This document shows positions 1-10,478 of a stretch of 64,000 nt of DNA, piece after piece (position 1 is the first letter of the stretch; each line of letters opens with the position of its first letter). Under the pieces are notes generated by a model that ran no database searches, was not told the origin of the DNA, and worked only from the letters and a program-made list of their open reading frames with translations. Position numbers and translations under genes: made by a program. This DNA is from an uncultured SAR86 cluster bacterium (GTDB lineage Bacteria; Pseudomonadota; Gammaproteobacteria; Magnimaribacterales; D2472): assembly GCA_902559345.1 (NCBI GenBank), contig CACEHH010000004.1, positions 1,458 to 65,457 of the forward strand, given 5' to 3'.

Positions 1-886
1 ATACGGGACCGCTTGGTGCTAGGAAGTCCATAATTTTTCTTCTTCCCCCAAATGCACCAACTGGAAGACCTCCACCAATAACTTTACCCAAAGCTGTTAA
101 GTCTGGTTTAATTTTATATATTTCTTGAGCACCTCCAAGTGAAACCCTAAAACCTGTCATAACCTCATCAAATATTAATAACGATTTATTTTCAGACGTT
201 TTTTTTCTAATCAACTTAAGAAAAGACTTATCTGCTTTAACAAAACCCATATTACCAGCAATAGGCTCAATAATTACTGCAGCTAAATCTTGCTTTACCT
301 TATTAAAGACTTTTAAAAATTCTTCTTTATTATTAAATTCACAACTTAAAGTTTGTTTAGCTAATTCTTTTGGAATACCAGGAGAATCAGGTAATCCAAA
401 CGTAGTTACACCAGATCCTGCTTTAATAAGTAAAGAATCAACATGTCCATGGTAACAACCATCAAATTTGATTAGTTTATTTCTTTTTGTGAATCCTCTT
501 GCAAGCCTTACAGCGCTCATTGTTGCTTCTGTGCCAGAATTTACCATTCTTATTTTTTCAATTGAAGGCATGCATTCTTTGATTAGCTTTGCTGTTGTTG
601 ATTCAATTTGCGTAGGAGCTCCATAACTAGTACCCAAGTCGAGTTGTTTAGAAATAGCTTTTTTGATTTCTGGATTTGAGTGACCCATAATCATTGGACC
701 CCAAGACCCTATGTAATCAATATATTTATTATTATCGGCGTCAAAAACATATGCACCTTTTGCCTTTTTAAAAAATATTGGATTGCCATCAATATTTTTA
801 AAAGCCCTTACAGGAGAGTTAACACCTCCAGGCATATGAAGCTTAGCCTCTTTAAATAATTCAATTGATTTACTAATTTTATTCAT
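1..886 (-). CDS. hemL: Glutamate-1-semialdehyde 2,1-aminomutase, N-terminal ~295 codons (3' end runs off the window)
   Basis: Absent from the ORF track because it is partial. My reverse-strand translation from the ATG at 884-886 reads MNKISKSIELFKEAKLHMPGGVNSPVRAFKNIDG...GSWGPMIMGH...MVNSGTEATMSAVRLARG...DEVMTGFRV...GKVIGGGLP. That is the typical HemL / class-III aminotransferase N-terminus. Its ATG overlaps the hemG stop (ATGA). Confidence 0.9.
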   Translation of the reverse strand, partial: MNKISKSIELFKEAKLHMPGGVNSPVRAFKNIDGNPIFFKKAKGAYVFDADNNKYIDYIGSWGPMIMGHSNPEIKKAISKQLDLGTSYGAPTQIESTTAKLIKECMPSIEKIRMVNSGTEATMSAVRLARGFTKRNKLIKFDGCYHGHVDSLLIKAGSGVTTFGLPDSPGIPKELAKQTLSCEFNNKEEFLKVFNKVKQDLAAVIIEPIAGNMGFVKADKSFLKLIRKKTSENKSLLIFDEVMTGFRVSLGGAQEIYKIKPDLTALGKVIGGGLPVGAFGGRRKIMDFLAPSGPV

Positions 887-1395
887 AGATTTAAATCTCT
901 TGCAAAAGCTTCAACTTTTTCCCAATCAGTGAATTCATAACTTTGCGAAGTATCTGTGGGACCTTTTGTAATCCACATGATAAATTTTATCGCATATTTA
1001 TCAATCAATTTATATTTTGGGTATTCTATTTTCCCAGCAAACACAGCAAGTTTTTTAGGTTTCCATTTAACATTATTTAAAAATTTAATTAAGTATGGGT
1101 TAGTTGCTGGTGAATTTTTTTCAGGCTTCCTTGCCACGACATTAACTGAAAAAAAAGCACTCTCTTTTGCTTCTAGAAATTCATAATTTTTATTTATAAA
1201 TTCATATACTTCTTTGCGATATTTCCCATATCTAATACTTGCCCCAATAACAACTATTTTATATTCATTCAGATTAATATCCCCTGAAATTGGGAGAACA
1301 TCCACAGAAGTATTGGTAGAATATTTAGATATATCTTCACATATTGATTTTGTTTGCCCATCTACAGTTGAGTATATTATTAGAGATTTTTTCAT
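883..1395 (-). CDS. hemG: Protoporphyrinogen IX dehydrogenase (quinone-dependent), flavodoxin-like HemG
   Basis: 170 aa. IIYSTVDGQT, VVIGASIRYGKY, FFSVNVVARKPEK, YPKYK and FTDWEKVEAFA align along the full length with my recollection of E. coli HemG. Translationally coupled to hemL. Confidence 0.85.
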   Translation of the reverse strand: MKKSLIIYSTVDGQTKSICEDISKYSTNTSVDVLPISGDINLNEYKIVVIGASIRYGKYRKEVYEFINKNYEFLEAKESAFFSVNVVARKPEKNSPATNPYLIKFLNNVKWKPKKLAVFAGKIEYPKYKLIDKYAIKFIMWITKGPTDTSQSYEFTDWEKVEAFARDLNL

Positions 1396-1491
1396 AATTA
1401 AGCGTTTTTACAATTGATTATAAATATTGAAAAAAAAGTATTTAGGCATATTTATATTTTATACTGATATTTAAATTTATAATGTTATGAC

Positions 1492-1992
1492 ATGAAAAAA
1501 TATTTTTTTATAATTTTTATACTTCCTATAGCTTATATAAGTGCTGAAGTTAAACTAGAAGATTGTGCATCTATAAAATCTGATGTTAAGAGGCTGGCCT
1601 GTTACGACTATCTAATAACTGGTGAATCAAAGTCATCAGACGAACTATCAAAACAAACAATACAAAATTCTGATGTAAAGAGTCCAGTCACAATATCTGA
1701 AGAAGAAGCTAATTTCGGTTTATCAAATAAACAAAAGAAAGAAGCAGATATTAAAGTTATTAAATCACAATTGGTTTCAATGATTTCCGAAACATCAAAA
1801 ACATTTGGTGGTAAAACCAGGTTTAAACTTGCAAATAATCAGTTATGGGAATCCCAATCTGTACTTTCTACGATTAAACTCAATAATTTTAGAGTTAAAA
1901 ATAATATTGTTATAGAAGAGGCGAATATGGGAGGTTTTTGGATGATAAATAAATCCTCAAATGTAAAGATTAAAGTTAAACGGATTTCTTAA
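1492..1992 (+). CDS. Secreted hypothetical protein (signal peptide, Cys pair C25/C37 in an RLACYD-type motif)
   Basis: The hydrophobic N-terminus MKKYFFIIFILPIAYISA looks like a signal peptide. I recognise no catalytic motif. Confidence 0.5.
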   Translation: MKKYFFIIFILPIAYISAEVKLEDCASIKSDVKRLACYDYLITGESKSSDELSKQTIQNSDVKSPVTISEEEANFGLSNKQKKEADIKVIKSQLVSMISETSKTFGGKTRFKLANNQLWESQSVLSTIKLNNFRVKNNIVIEEANMGGFWMINKSSNVKIKVKRIS

Positions 1993-1993
1993 T

Positions 1994-2338
1994 ATGGAAG
2001 AAAATTTTGATAAATCTTTAAATATAACTGAAAGTGCTCTTTCTAGAATAGAAAAGGTTATGAGCTCTAATGGCGATTTGGGATCAAAATTTAGAGTCTA
2101 TGTAACAGGCGGAGGATGCTCCGGTTTTCAGTATGGATTTAAGTTTGATCCAGATGTTGCTTTTGATGATGACGTTATTGAATTTAAAGGTTTTTCTGTT
2201 TTATTAGATTCTATGTCTTACCCATATTTGTATGGCTCAACTCTAGATTTTGTTGAAGATCTTTCTGGTTCAAAATTTGTTATAAATAATCCGAATGCCA
2301 AAACCACATGTGGTTGCGGTGAATCTTTTACTATTTAG
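1994..2338 (+). CDS. erpA: Iron-sulfur cluster insertion protein (A-type carrier, ErpA/IscA family)
   Basis: 114 aa. GGGCSGFQYGF and the C-terminal CGCGESF are the three conserved Cys motifs of A-type carriers. Confidence 0.9.
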   Translation: MEENFDKSLNITESALSRIEKVMSSNGDLGSKFRVYVTGGGCSGFQYGFKFDPDVAFDDDVIEFKGFSVLLDSMSYPYLYGSTLDFVEDLSGSKFVINNPNAKTTCGCGESFTI

Positions 2339-3350
2339 CATTAAAGGCTTCACCCCTCTTTAAATAAGCCAAATAAGCAAATCCTGCAGATTCAACAAAT
2401 TTAGATGGTATTTCTTCGTCAGTAGTTTTTATCCCTTTACCAATAGATTCCTTAATGAGTTTCATAAGAAAAAGGTTTTTTGTCCCCCCTCCGTGAAATA
2501 TTATTTCTTCAGGTTTATTACAGAAATCATAGAAATCCTTAATTTTTTGAGCTGTAAAATGCGCAAGAGTATTTAAACTATCGTTTGCATTCATCTCAAA
2601 GAAAGACTCATCAATAAAACTATAATAATCGTTTTTATCGTCAGATCTTGGGTACTCCATTTTATTTGATTTATCTAGAAGCTTATCTAAAAAAGATTGA
2701 GATAGGCTGCCGCTTTTAGCAGATTCTCCATTTTTATCAAAATGAAAATTAAGTTTTTTGTTTGAAATATAATCCATTAAACAATTACCAGGCCCAACAT
2801 CAGAAGCTAGTGATATATCTTCACCATCAAGATAGGTGCCATTAGCTATTCCCCCAATATTAAAAATGATTTTTCTTTTGCCCTTTTCTGAATATAAATA
2901 TTTATGAAATGCTGGTATTAATGGAGCACCCATTCCTCCGTTATAGATATCAAAATTTCTAAAATCAGAAATAACTTTTATCTTGCTATTATTAGATATC
3001 TGCTGAGGACTTCCAATCTGGTAACTTCTTTCATTTGTATGGAAAACGGTTTGTCCAGAAAAACCAATAGCAGATATATCATGAGCATTAAGTTCGCTCT
3101 TTTTCAGTAGTTTTTGAATAAGTTCTAATGTTTTATTATTAAGATCATCTTCTAGTTTAAGTAGTATTTTGGATTCTTCTATTGTTTTAAATCCTGCAGC
3201 TATACATAATTCATAATTTTCTTTATATCCATCTCTGTGATCTATGCTTGTTGATGTAATTAATTTAAATTTTTTATCAAATGAAACTACGCAACCATCA
3301 AGAGAATCAGCGCTTGTCCCTGTCATAATCCCAATGAAGTATTTATCCAT
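2331..3350 (-). CDS. anmK: Anhydro-N-acetylmuramic acid kinase
   Basis: N-terminus FIGIMTGTSADSLDG, plus NIGGIAN and GPGN motifs. Conserved neighbourhood with erpA and an M23 peptidase, as I recall from Pseudomonas. Confidence 0.85.
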   Translation of the reverse strand: MDKYFIGIMTGTSADSLDGCVVSFDKKFKLITSTSIDHRDGYKENYELCIAAGFKTIEESKILLKLEDDLNNKTLELIQKLLKKSELNAHDISAIGFSGQTVFHTNERSYQIGSPQQISNNSKIKVISDFRNFDIYNGGMGAPLIPAFHKYLYSEKGKRKIIFNIGGIANGTYLDGEDISLASDVGPGNCLMDYISNKKLNFHFDKNGESAKSGSLSQSFLDKLLDKSNKMEYPRSDDKNDYYSFIDESFFEMNANDSLNTLAHFTAQKIKDFYDFCNKPEEIIFHGGGTKNLFLMKLIKESIGKGIKTTDEEIPSKFVESAGFAYLAYLKRGEAFNAK

Positions 3351-4587
3351 TTTCTTTAGAATTATAATTATTTAGTTTTTGGAGATTTAGATTTAATAAG
3401 CCTCTAAACTCCTCAATTTGATCTCGATTAACTGGTTTAGCAGAGGGTAGTTTTACTTTTACAGGATCAGTATGCTTATTCCCTATCATAAACTCATAAT
3501 GAAGATGTGGCCCAGTTGCAAGTCCAGTACTTCCGACATAACCAATAGTTTCCCCTTGAACTACCTTCTTACCTTTCTTAATGCCTTTGTTGAACTTTTG
3601 CATATGACAATATCTAGTTTGATAATTATTAGCATGCCTAATTAGTATTTCATTACCACACCCGTTTTTAACGCCAGCAAAAATTATTACACCATCTCCT
3701 GTTGCTTGGATAGGCGTTCCTCTTGAAGCAGCGTAATCAGTCCCTTTATGGGCTCTGATTGTATGCAAAATGGGATGCTTTCTGTTTGGATTAAAATGAT
3801 CACTTATTCTAGTAAAATCTAAAGGAGCTCTTAGAAAGCCTTTTTTAACATTCATTCCGTTTTCATTAAAATATTGTTTACCTTGATCATCATCATAAAA
3901 TCGTTGAGCGATATATCTTTGATTATTATTTATAAATTCAGCGAAGATAATATCCCCAGTTGAAATTTTTTCACCATCTGAATAATCAGTTTCATAAATC
4001 ACTGAAAATTTATCACCCTCTCTTACATCAAAAATAAAATCAATGTCCCAACCAAAGATATATGCAAAGTCCATTATAATACTTTCAGGTATACCAACTC
4101 TTAATGCATCCATATAAAATGAGTTCTTTATTTCACCTTGCTTTAAAGAAGTAATTTTCTGAATTTGTTTTTTTATTTTTTTAATAGATACGTCTTCAGA
4201 AATATCAATTAGTATTGAATTTACATCATCTTTTATGATCTTTATGCTGTATAGATCATCACCAATATAGTTGAATTCCATAAGATCGCCAGGTTTTATA
4301 CTCGACAAAATATTATCTTCATCAAAATTAAAAATTTTATAAGCCGTATTTAAGGGAACTTTTTTTTCTTCAAATATCACAGAAAGACTTTCACCTTTAT
4401 TTACTTCATGAGAAACCTTATTTTTAAAAACGGGCGGATCCTCAGTTAGACTCATAGAAATTGTAATTTTTTCTTCAGGTATTGGTTTGTTTAAAACTGA
4501 GTCTACATAGATAAGTAAAACAAAAATCAAAGATATAAAAAAGACGCTTAAAACTAATTTAGATGGAGTTTTTTTAAAACCAATCAT
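3343..4587 (-). CDS. M23 family murein DD-endopeptidase (MepM/YebA-like), membrane anchored
   Basis: N-terminal TM helix. C-terminal HKGTDYAA ... GPHLHYE zinc-binding motifs of LytM/M23 peptidases. Confidence 0.85.
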   Translation of the reverse strand: MIGFKKTPSKLVLSVFFISLIFVLLIYVDSVLNKPIPEEKITISMSLTEDPPVFKNKVSHEVNKGESLSVIFEEKKVPLNTAYKIFNFDEDNILSSIKPGDLMEFNYIGDDLYSIKIIKDDVNSILIDISEDVSIKKIKKQIQKITSLKQGEIKNSFYMDALRVGIPESIIMDFAYIFGWDIDFIFDVREGDKFSVIYETDYSDGEKISTGDIIFAEFINNNQRYIAQRFYDDDQGKQYFNENGMNVKKGFLRAPLDFTRISDHFNPNRKHPILHTIRAHKGTDYAASRGTPIQATGDGVIIFAGVKNGCGNEILIRHANNYQTRYCHMQKFNKGIKKGKKVVQGETIGYVGSTGLATGPHLHYEFMIGNKHTDPVKVKLPSAKPVNRDQIEEFRGLLNLNLQKLNNYNSKENG

Positions 4588-7500
4588 ATATCTTCTTGTA
4601 GATTGAGTAGTTGAGTATTACCTCCAAAGGCTACTGAATTTTTTGAGATAACTTTTTCGTTGAGAAATTGTAAAAGGTAATTTGGTCCACCAGCTTTAAA
4701 GCCACTGCCAGACAATCCAACTCCACCAAATGGTTGTGATCCAACAACAGCACCAACCATATCTCTATTTATATAAATGTTACCTATTTTAGATTTCTTC
4801 CCAAAATAATCAGCTCTAGACTCAATTCTTGTATGAATGCCCATAGTCAAACCGTATCCAATTTTATTTATTTGATTAATTAACTCATCGCTCTCGCTTG
4901 AAGAATATTTAAGAACATGGAGTATTGGACCAAATTGCTCATCTTTTATATCTGTAATTTTTTTGATTGATATTAATGTAGGCGAGACATGCTTATTTGA
5001 TTTTGTTTTTATAGCTTGAAACACTTCAAAATCTCTTTCGATACATTTAGCTATATATCTGTTAAGTTTTTCAATAGCCTTTTCATTAATTATTGGTCCT
5101 ATATCAGTATCAAAACTATTTGGATCACCAATCATTTGGGTGCTCATATTCCCTTTAATCATCTCAATTAATTCATCATATATATCTTCTTGAATACAAA
5201 GTACTCTCAATGCAGAACATCTTTGACCGGAGCTATCAAAAGCAGATCTAATCACATCATCAGTGACTTGCTCTAAAAGGGCGCTAGAATCCACAATCAT
5301 AGTATTAATACCTCCAGTTTCTGCTATTAAGGGTATTATCTTATTTTGATTTTCAATTAGACTTGCCTGAATCTTTTTAGCAGTTAGGAGAGATCCGGTA
5401 AATGCTACTCCATCAATTTGGTTAATTTTGGTTAATAATTCGCCATAGATACCATCACCAAGAATTAATTCAAGTGCATCTATGGGAACGCCAAATTCAT
5501 GAAATTTTTTTATGACAAGGAAGCCAAGTATTGGTGTATGTTCAGATGGCTTTACTATTACTTTATTACCACATACTAACGCAGCTGATATTTGCCCAAT
5601 TAAAATAGCAACAGGGAAATTCCATGGACTAATACAAAGAAATCTTCCCTTAGGACCGAATATAATTTTATTTTCTTCTCCTGTTGGTCCATCTAACTCG
5701 TCATTATTAAAAATTTTAAGAGCTTCTTGAGAGTAATACCTAAGAAAATCAACAGCTTCTCTTATTTCATCTACAGCGTTTTGAATTGTTTTTCCAGCTT
5801 CATTTATTAGATAAAAAATTAATTCATGAGGGTTTTTATCAATAGCATCAGCAATATTTTTAAGAATATTTGATCTTATTTCGACATCAGTTTCTAACCA
5901 TTCGTTGGAATGATTATTTTCAAGAGATTCTTTAATCTTTATAGGGTCGTCATACTTAACAGAGCCAATAGATATGCCAGATGCGATTGAAGATACTTTA
6001 ACTCCTTTATTTGAATCATCACTTCTATTTAAATAGATAGAATGTGCATCTACATTTTTTCCTTCAAATGATTTTAATTTTTTTGAAAGATTCTCAAGAT
6101 TTTGTTTTTCTGAAATATCAATCCCAGTAGAGTTTAATCGTTTACCAAAAATATTTTTAGGTAAAGGTATTTCTTTCTTTTCTTTTTTCATTCGTATGTA
6201 GGGATTCTCAGACAACCATCTCGAATCAGTTTCTGGATCTAACAATCTATTTATAAAAGAACTATTAGCGCCATTTTCTAATAATCTTCTAACCAAATAT
6301 GGCAACAAGTCTTTATAGTTACCTATTGGCGCATATACTGATGGAGACTTATCTAAGTTGAGAATGTTTGATGCACTTTTATACAAAAGCTCACCCATGC
6401 CGAATAATCGCTGAAATTCATACTCACACCCATTACCTAAATAATTGATTGATGAAATTGTATGAGCGTTGTGAGTCGCAAATTTTGGGTAAATATTTTT
6501 ATTACCTAGGATTCGTTTTGCGCATGCAAGATAAGCAATATCGGTAATAGATTTTTTTGAAAAGACCGGATAGCCCTCATATCCAGATACTTGCGCATGT
6601 TTAATTTCAAAATCCCAATACGCTCCTTTTACAAGTCTTAAATGCATACCAGCTCTTCTATTTAGCAGATTATTCAACCATTCAATGGCATCAAAAGATC
6701 TTTTACCATATGCTTGTAATGCAATGCCAAAATGTGGCCAATCTTTTATTTTTTTTTCAAATGCTAATTGTTCTATGATATGTAGGCTTAATGAAAGTCT
6801 ATCTTGTTCCTCGGCATCTATGGTGATTTCAACATCTTTTGAATAAGCATGATTTATCAAATCCTTAAGCCTAGGAATCAACTCTAAATTTACTTGATCA
6901 AATTTTTTCATTTCATATCTTGGATGAAGAGCAGATATTTTTATAGAGACTCCATGCGATAAATTTTTTACTAAATTTATTTTTCCAACTTCATCAATAG
7001 CATTTAAATATGAGTCAAAGTAATTATCAGCTTGAGATGGAGTCCTTGCTGCTTCACCCAGCATGTCAAAAGAATAAACTTCTTTACTAAGACCAGGAAG
7101 CTTTTCAATATCTTTAAAATCTTTTCCAATAACAAATTCTTGACTTAGAATCTGCATAGCAGCTAAAACAGCATTCCTTATAGGCATCTCCCCTGATTTA
7201 GATATTAGACTAGATAGAAAGCTATTAGGATCTTTAGACCATTTGCTTGGAGTTTTAACAACCTTACCTGCTAACAACAAACCCCATGTTGAAGCATTTA
7301 CAAAAAGACTATCCGCTCTATTAAGATGATCGATCCATTTTCCTTCAGAAAGTTTCTCTGAGATTATTAGATCTCTTGTTTTTTTGTCAGGTATTCTAAG
7401 TACAGACTCTGCAAGACACATCAAAGCAACACCTTCTTTATTATCAAGACCATATTCATTTAAGAAAGCATCAAGCATGGTTCGATCCTTTTTACTTTTT

Positions 7501-7625
7501 CTACAAAGATCAATAATTTCTTTTGCATTGTCTGAAATCAAAGTCTCTTCTAAGAATAAAGTTTCATCAGACAAATTTGATAAAAGTTCCGCATCAGAAA
7601 TGAATTTATTATTTGCTTTGAGCAT
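4584..7625 (-). CDS. putA: Bifunctional proline dehydrogenase / 1-pyrroline-5-carboxylate dehydrogenase (short PutA type without an N-terminal DNA-binding domain)
   Basis: 1013 aa. PRODH barrel region (LMCLAESVLRIPD, FDMLGEAA), then an aldehyde dehydrogenase domain (FTGS, EAGG-like ETGGIN, GQRCSA). Confidence 0.9.
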   Translation of the reverse strand: MLKANNKFISDAELLSNLSDETLFLEETLISDNAKEIIDLCRKSKKDRTMLDAFLNEYGLDNKEGVALMCLAESVLRIPDKKTRDLIISEKLSEGKWIDHLNRADSLFVNASTWGLLLAGKVVKTPSKWSKDPNSFLSSLISKSGEMPIRNAVLAAMQILSQEFVIGKDFKDIEKLPGLSKEVYSFDMLGEAARTPSQADNYFDSYLNAIDEVGKINLVKNLSHGVSIKISALHPRYEMKKFDQVNLELIPRLKDLINHAYSKDVEITIDAEEQDRLSLSLHIIEQLAFEKKIKDWPHFGIALQAYGKRSFDAIEWLNNLLNRRAGMHLRLVKGAYWDFEIKHAQVSGYEGYPVFSKKSITDIAYLACAKRILGNKNIYPKFATHNAHTISSINYLGNGCEYEFQRLFGMGELLYKSASNILNLDKSPSVYAPIGNYKDLLPYLVRRLLENGANSSFINRLLDPETDSRWLSENPYIRMKKEKKEIPLPKNIFGKRLNSTGIDISEKQNLENLSKKLKSFEGKNVDAHSIYLNRSDDSNKGVKVSSIASGISIGSVKYDDPIKIKESLENNHSNEWLETDVEIRSNILKNIADAIDKNPHELIFYLINEAGKTIQNAVDEIREAVDFLRYYSQEALKIFNNDELDGPTGEENKIIFGPKGRFLCISPWNFPVAILIGQISAALVCGNKVIVKPSEHTPILGFLVIKKFHEFGVPIDALELILGDGIYGELLTKINQIDGVAFTGSLLTAKKIQASLIENQNKIIPLIAETGGINTMIVDSSALLEQVTDDVIRSAFDSSGQRCSALRVLCIQEDIYDELIEMIKGNMSTQMIGDPNSFDTDIGPIINEKAIEKLNRYIAKCIERDFEVFQAIKTKSNKHVSPTLISIKKITDIKDEQFGPILHVLKYSSSESDELINQINKIGYGLTMGIHTRIESRADYFGKKSKIGNIYINRDMVGAVVGSQPFGGVGLSGSGFKAGGPNYLLQFLNEKVISKNSVAFGGNTQLLNLQEDI

Positions 7626-7703
7626 AACTGTTATTTTAATCTTTAAGCACTAAGTAGCAACTTTGTGATTCTAATAATGATGTAAAAATACTATGATAGT
7701 GTT

Positions 7704-8894
7704 ATGAAAGATGCATTAAAGCTTATTAATAGAGGCGCAGACGAAATACTTACCGAATCTGATCTTAAAAATAAACTGGAATCAGGTAAACAATTAACAA
7801 TCAAAGCAGGGTTTGATCCTACAGCACCTGACTTACATTTTGGCCATACTGTACTATTAAATAAGCTTAGACATTTTCAAGATTTAGGCCATAAAGTAGT
7901 ATTCTTAATTGGCGACTTTACAGGAAGAATTGGCGATCCTTCAGGTACAAATAAAACAAGGCCGATATTAAATTCTGAAGACCTTGTTAAGAATGCAAAA
8001 ACATATGAAAAACAAGTTTTTAAAATTCTAAAAAAAGACCTCACAGAAGTTAAGTTTAACTCTAAATGGTGCGATAAATTAGGCGCAGACGGGTTAATAA
8101 AGCTTGCTTCAAAATACAATGTTGCAAGAATGCTTGAGAGAGATGATTTTAATAAAAGATTTACATCCAATAGGAGCATAGCTATCCATGAATTTTTATA
8201 TCCACTGGTTCAAGGTTATGATTCTGTTGCCTTAAAGGCAGATGTTGAGTGTGGTGGAACGGACCAAAAATTTAACTTATTGGTTGGGAGAGAACTTCAG
8301 AGAGATTACGATCAGGAGCCTCAAGTGGTTATAACTGTTCCAATACTTGAAGGACTTGATGGTATAAAGAAAATGTCAAAATCACTTGATAATTATATAG
8401 CCATAGATGAGGAACCAAATGAAATGTTTGGTAAAATAATGTCTATTTCAGATGACTTGATGTGGCGTTGGTTCGAGCTTTTAAGTTTTATCTCAGAAGA
8501 AGAGATTCTTAAATTAAAATCTGAAATGGATGCTGGCAAAAATCCAAGAGATATTAAATTTATATTAGCTGAGGAGCTTGTAGATAGATTCCATAACGAA
8601 GGAGATGGCAAGGTTTGTAAAGATGCCTTTTTAAACAGATTCCAAAAAGGGAAAATGCCAGAAGATATTGAAGCTATAACAATAGATATAGATAATGGTT
8701 CTGTTTTATTAGTTAACCTTTTAAAAGAGACTAATATGATATCCAGCATATCAGAGGGAAATAGATTAATTCATCAAGGCGGTGTAAAAATAAACTCTGA
8801 AAAAGTTGAGGATACAAAGTTAGAAATTTCTAAAGGATCTGATGATATTTATCAGGTTGGTAAGAGAAAATTTTTAAAAATTAGGGTTTTATAG
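7704..8894 (+). CDS. tyrS: Tyrosine--tRNA ligase
   Basis: Class I signatures HFGH (HIGH) and KMSKS. C-terminal S4-like domain. 396 aa. Confidence 0.92.
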   Translation: MKDALKLINRGADEILTESDLKNKLESGKQLTIKAGFDPTAPDLHFGHTVLLNKLRHFQDLGHKVVFLIGDFTGRIGDPSGTNKTRPILNSEDLVKNAKTYEKQVFKILKKDLTEVKFNSKWCDKLGADGLIKLASKYNVARMLERDDFNKRFTSNRSIAIHEFLYPLVQGYDSVALKADVECGGTDQKFNLLVGRELQRDYDQEPQVVITVPILEGLDGIKKMSKSLDNYIAIDEEPNEMFGKIMSISDDLMWRWFELLSFISEEEILKLKSEMDAGKNPRDIKFILAEELVDRFHNEGDGKVCKDAFLNRFQKGKMPEDIEAITIDIDNGSVLLVNLLKETNMISSISEGNRLIHQGGVKINSEKVEDTKLEISKGSDDIYQVGKRKFLKIRVL

Positions 8895-9346
8895 TGAAAG
8901 CAATCATAATTATATCTAGCTTATTTATTCTATTTGCATGCGCACAAGATAGCCCCAATATTCAACAAATACAGAATATGCAGTTCTTCATAGATAATAA
9001 AGAAAATAATGAAATTATTGAAATTGAGCCAGGCCTTCAATATTCTATTGTTAAAAAGGGCGATCCAACTGGATTAACCCCAGAACTTAGTCAAACTATT
9101 TCTGCACATTTTCATGGAACTCTTACTAATGGAGAGGTTTTTTGGAGCTCTCTTGATACAGAACCACTAGAAATTGAACTATCAAAGCTAATTATAGGAT
9201 GTCAGAAAACTATTTCTCTAATGAGAGAGGGCGATAAATGGATGGTATATATTGATCCAACCATGGCTTATGGAGAGGAAGGCAGACCAGGCATTCCATC
9301 AAACTCAATTCTTATCTTTGAAATAGAATTATTAGAAATTAGTTGA
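8894..9346 (+). CDS. FKBP-type peptidyl-prolyl cis-trans isomerase, lipoprotein
   Basis: GTG start. Lipobox LFAC. FKBP domain FHGTLTNGEVFWSS ... GIPSNSILIFEIELLEI. Confidence 0.8.
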   Translation: MKAIIIISSLFILFACAQDSPNIQQIQNMQFFIDNKENNEIIEIEPGLQYSIVKKGDPTGLTPELSQTISAHFHGTLTNGEVFWSSLDTEPLEIELSKLIIGCQKTISLMREGDKWMVYIDPTMAYGEEGRPGIPSNSILIFEIELLEIS

Positions 9347-9360
9347 CCTGCTTAGAAGTT

Positions 9361-10266
9361 CTAGATTTTTACTAAAGGATTATAGGTAACTCTATCAGGA
9401 ATTTCTTCTGCACCAGGAACTCCTCTAGCAATTAAGAATGGTTTTAATTCTTCTATAGCTTTAGGCTCATCATAATGCCCAATATTTGGATGAAGGTGGT
9501 GCACAAAATGTAATTGCATTGAGTGATTAAGATATCTTGGCATCCAATGTTGCCAAAATCTTGTATCTTTATATCTTCCAATTTCTGTACCAATATGCGG
9601 ATAGTATGAAAAAAATATTTGTGTATATGCAGTGCCAATTTTTGCAGGCAGCCACCATAAAAACAATGTTTGAAGTGGAAACACAAAAACTAGCAACATT
9701 AATATTGCCCTGTATGCCAATGCAACCTTTGTACCTTTTTCAAAGCCTTTTTGAAAAGCTACATCATTAGAATATATTTCTTTAGCTTTTTCATATTCTG
9801 TTGATGCTCCATTGAAAGATACCAAAATAAGTTCTGCAACAGATTTAGCATTTGAAGTTAAAAAATCAGGATCTTTATGATCATGATTTGTATATGCATG
9901 ATGCTTCATATGAGTAACTCTTAATATTTCATAGGGATAAATTAATGTGATGAGAGTAAAGTTTCCAACAAATGCATCAATCCATCGTTTCTTTGGATCG
10001 CCTCTAGAATAGTTCCCATGTTGCGCCTCATGAGACGGTAAGTAAGACATGCATGCACAAAAGCTAGCAATAATAAATCCTGACCATAGAGGAATTATTT
10101 CATTTATAACTAAGGGCCATAAACATAACCAGACACAAGCCTGACCAACACCAATTAGAATCATTTCCCATTGAAATCTTTGAGCATATTTTTTAGCAAC
10201 AGCTTTTTCTTTTTCAAATGAAAACTCTTCAGATACCGTATTGCTGATTTCTACACCCATAACCAT
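9361..10266 (-). CDS. Membrane fatty-acid-desaturase-family di-iron enzyme (substrate unknown)
   Basis: Three His boxes: HEAQHG, HMKHH, HFVHHLHP. Several TM helices. Confidence 0.7.
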   Translation of the reverse strand: MVMGVEISNTVSEEFSFEKEKAVAKKYAQRFQWEMILIGVGQACVWLCLWPLVINEIIPLWSGFIIASFCACMSYLPSHEAQHGNYSRGDPKKRWIDAFVGNFTLITLIYPYEILRVTHMKHHAYTNHDHKDPDFLTSNAKSVAELILVSFNGASTEYEKAKEIYSNDVAFQKGFEKGTKVALAYRAILMLLVFVFPLQTLFLWWLPAKIGTAYTQIFFSYYPHIGTEIGRYKDTRFWQHWMPRYLNHSMQLHFVHHLHPNIGHYDEPKAIEELKPFLIARGVPGAEEIPDRVTYNPLVKI

Positions 10267-10448
10267 TTTCCCCTAATGTGCGCTACAAGCCCAATAACAA
10301 AACCCAATAGAAAACTTATTGATGAAAGATATGGAACTTCATTTAAGACAACAAGTTCCTGAGATACTGCATTTAAGACACTCCCAATAAAAATTAAACC
10401 AAACCATATCTTGTTATAAGCTAGAATGGTTTCTAGAAATTTTTCCAT
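10251..10448 (-). CDS. Small two-TM membrane protein (hypothetical)
   Basis: 65 aa with two hydrophobic helices. Overlaps the desaturase start by 16 nt, which suggests coupling. No homolog recognised. Confidence 0.4.
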   Translation of the reverse strand: MEKFLETILAYNKIWFGLIFIGSVLNAVSQELVVLNEVPYLSSISFLLGFVIGLVAHIRGKWLWV

Positions 10449-10478
10449 AATTTATTTTATCAGAACTTTTTAAAAATA

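Noticed and set aside
956-1417. Track ORFs 956..1186(+) and 1214..1417(+), antisense to hemG
   Set aside because: They lie entirely within and opposite a well-supported gene. Their composition is low-complexity and Phe/Ile/Leu-rich, typical of the reverse frame of AT-rich coding DNA, and they have no motifs.
5512-9770. Track ORFs 5512..5730, 7384..7653, 7877..8179, 8393..8749, 9453..9686 and 9537..9770, embedded in putA, tyrS and the desaturase gene
   Set aside because: All are antisense or out-of-frame shadows of strongly supported genes. None has a recognisable domain or a plausible RBS.
9361-10266. Desaturase-family enzyme as a carotenoid ketolase/hydroxylase feeding the proteorhodopsin chromophore
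   Set aside because: The His-box pattern is generic for the superfamily. The gene is 11 kb from the PR gene, on the far side of unrelated genes, and no other crt genes are present. It is kept only as a low-interest open question.
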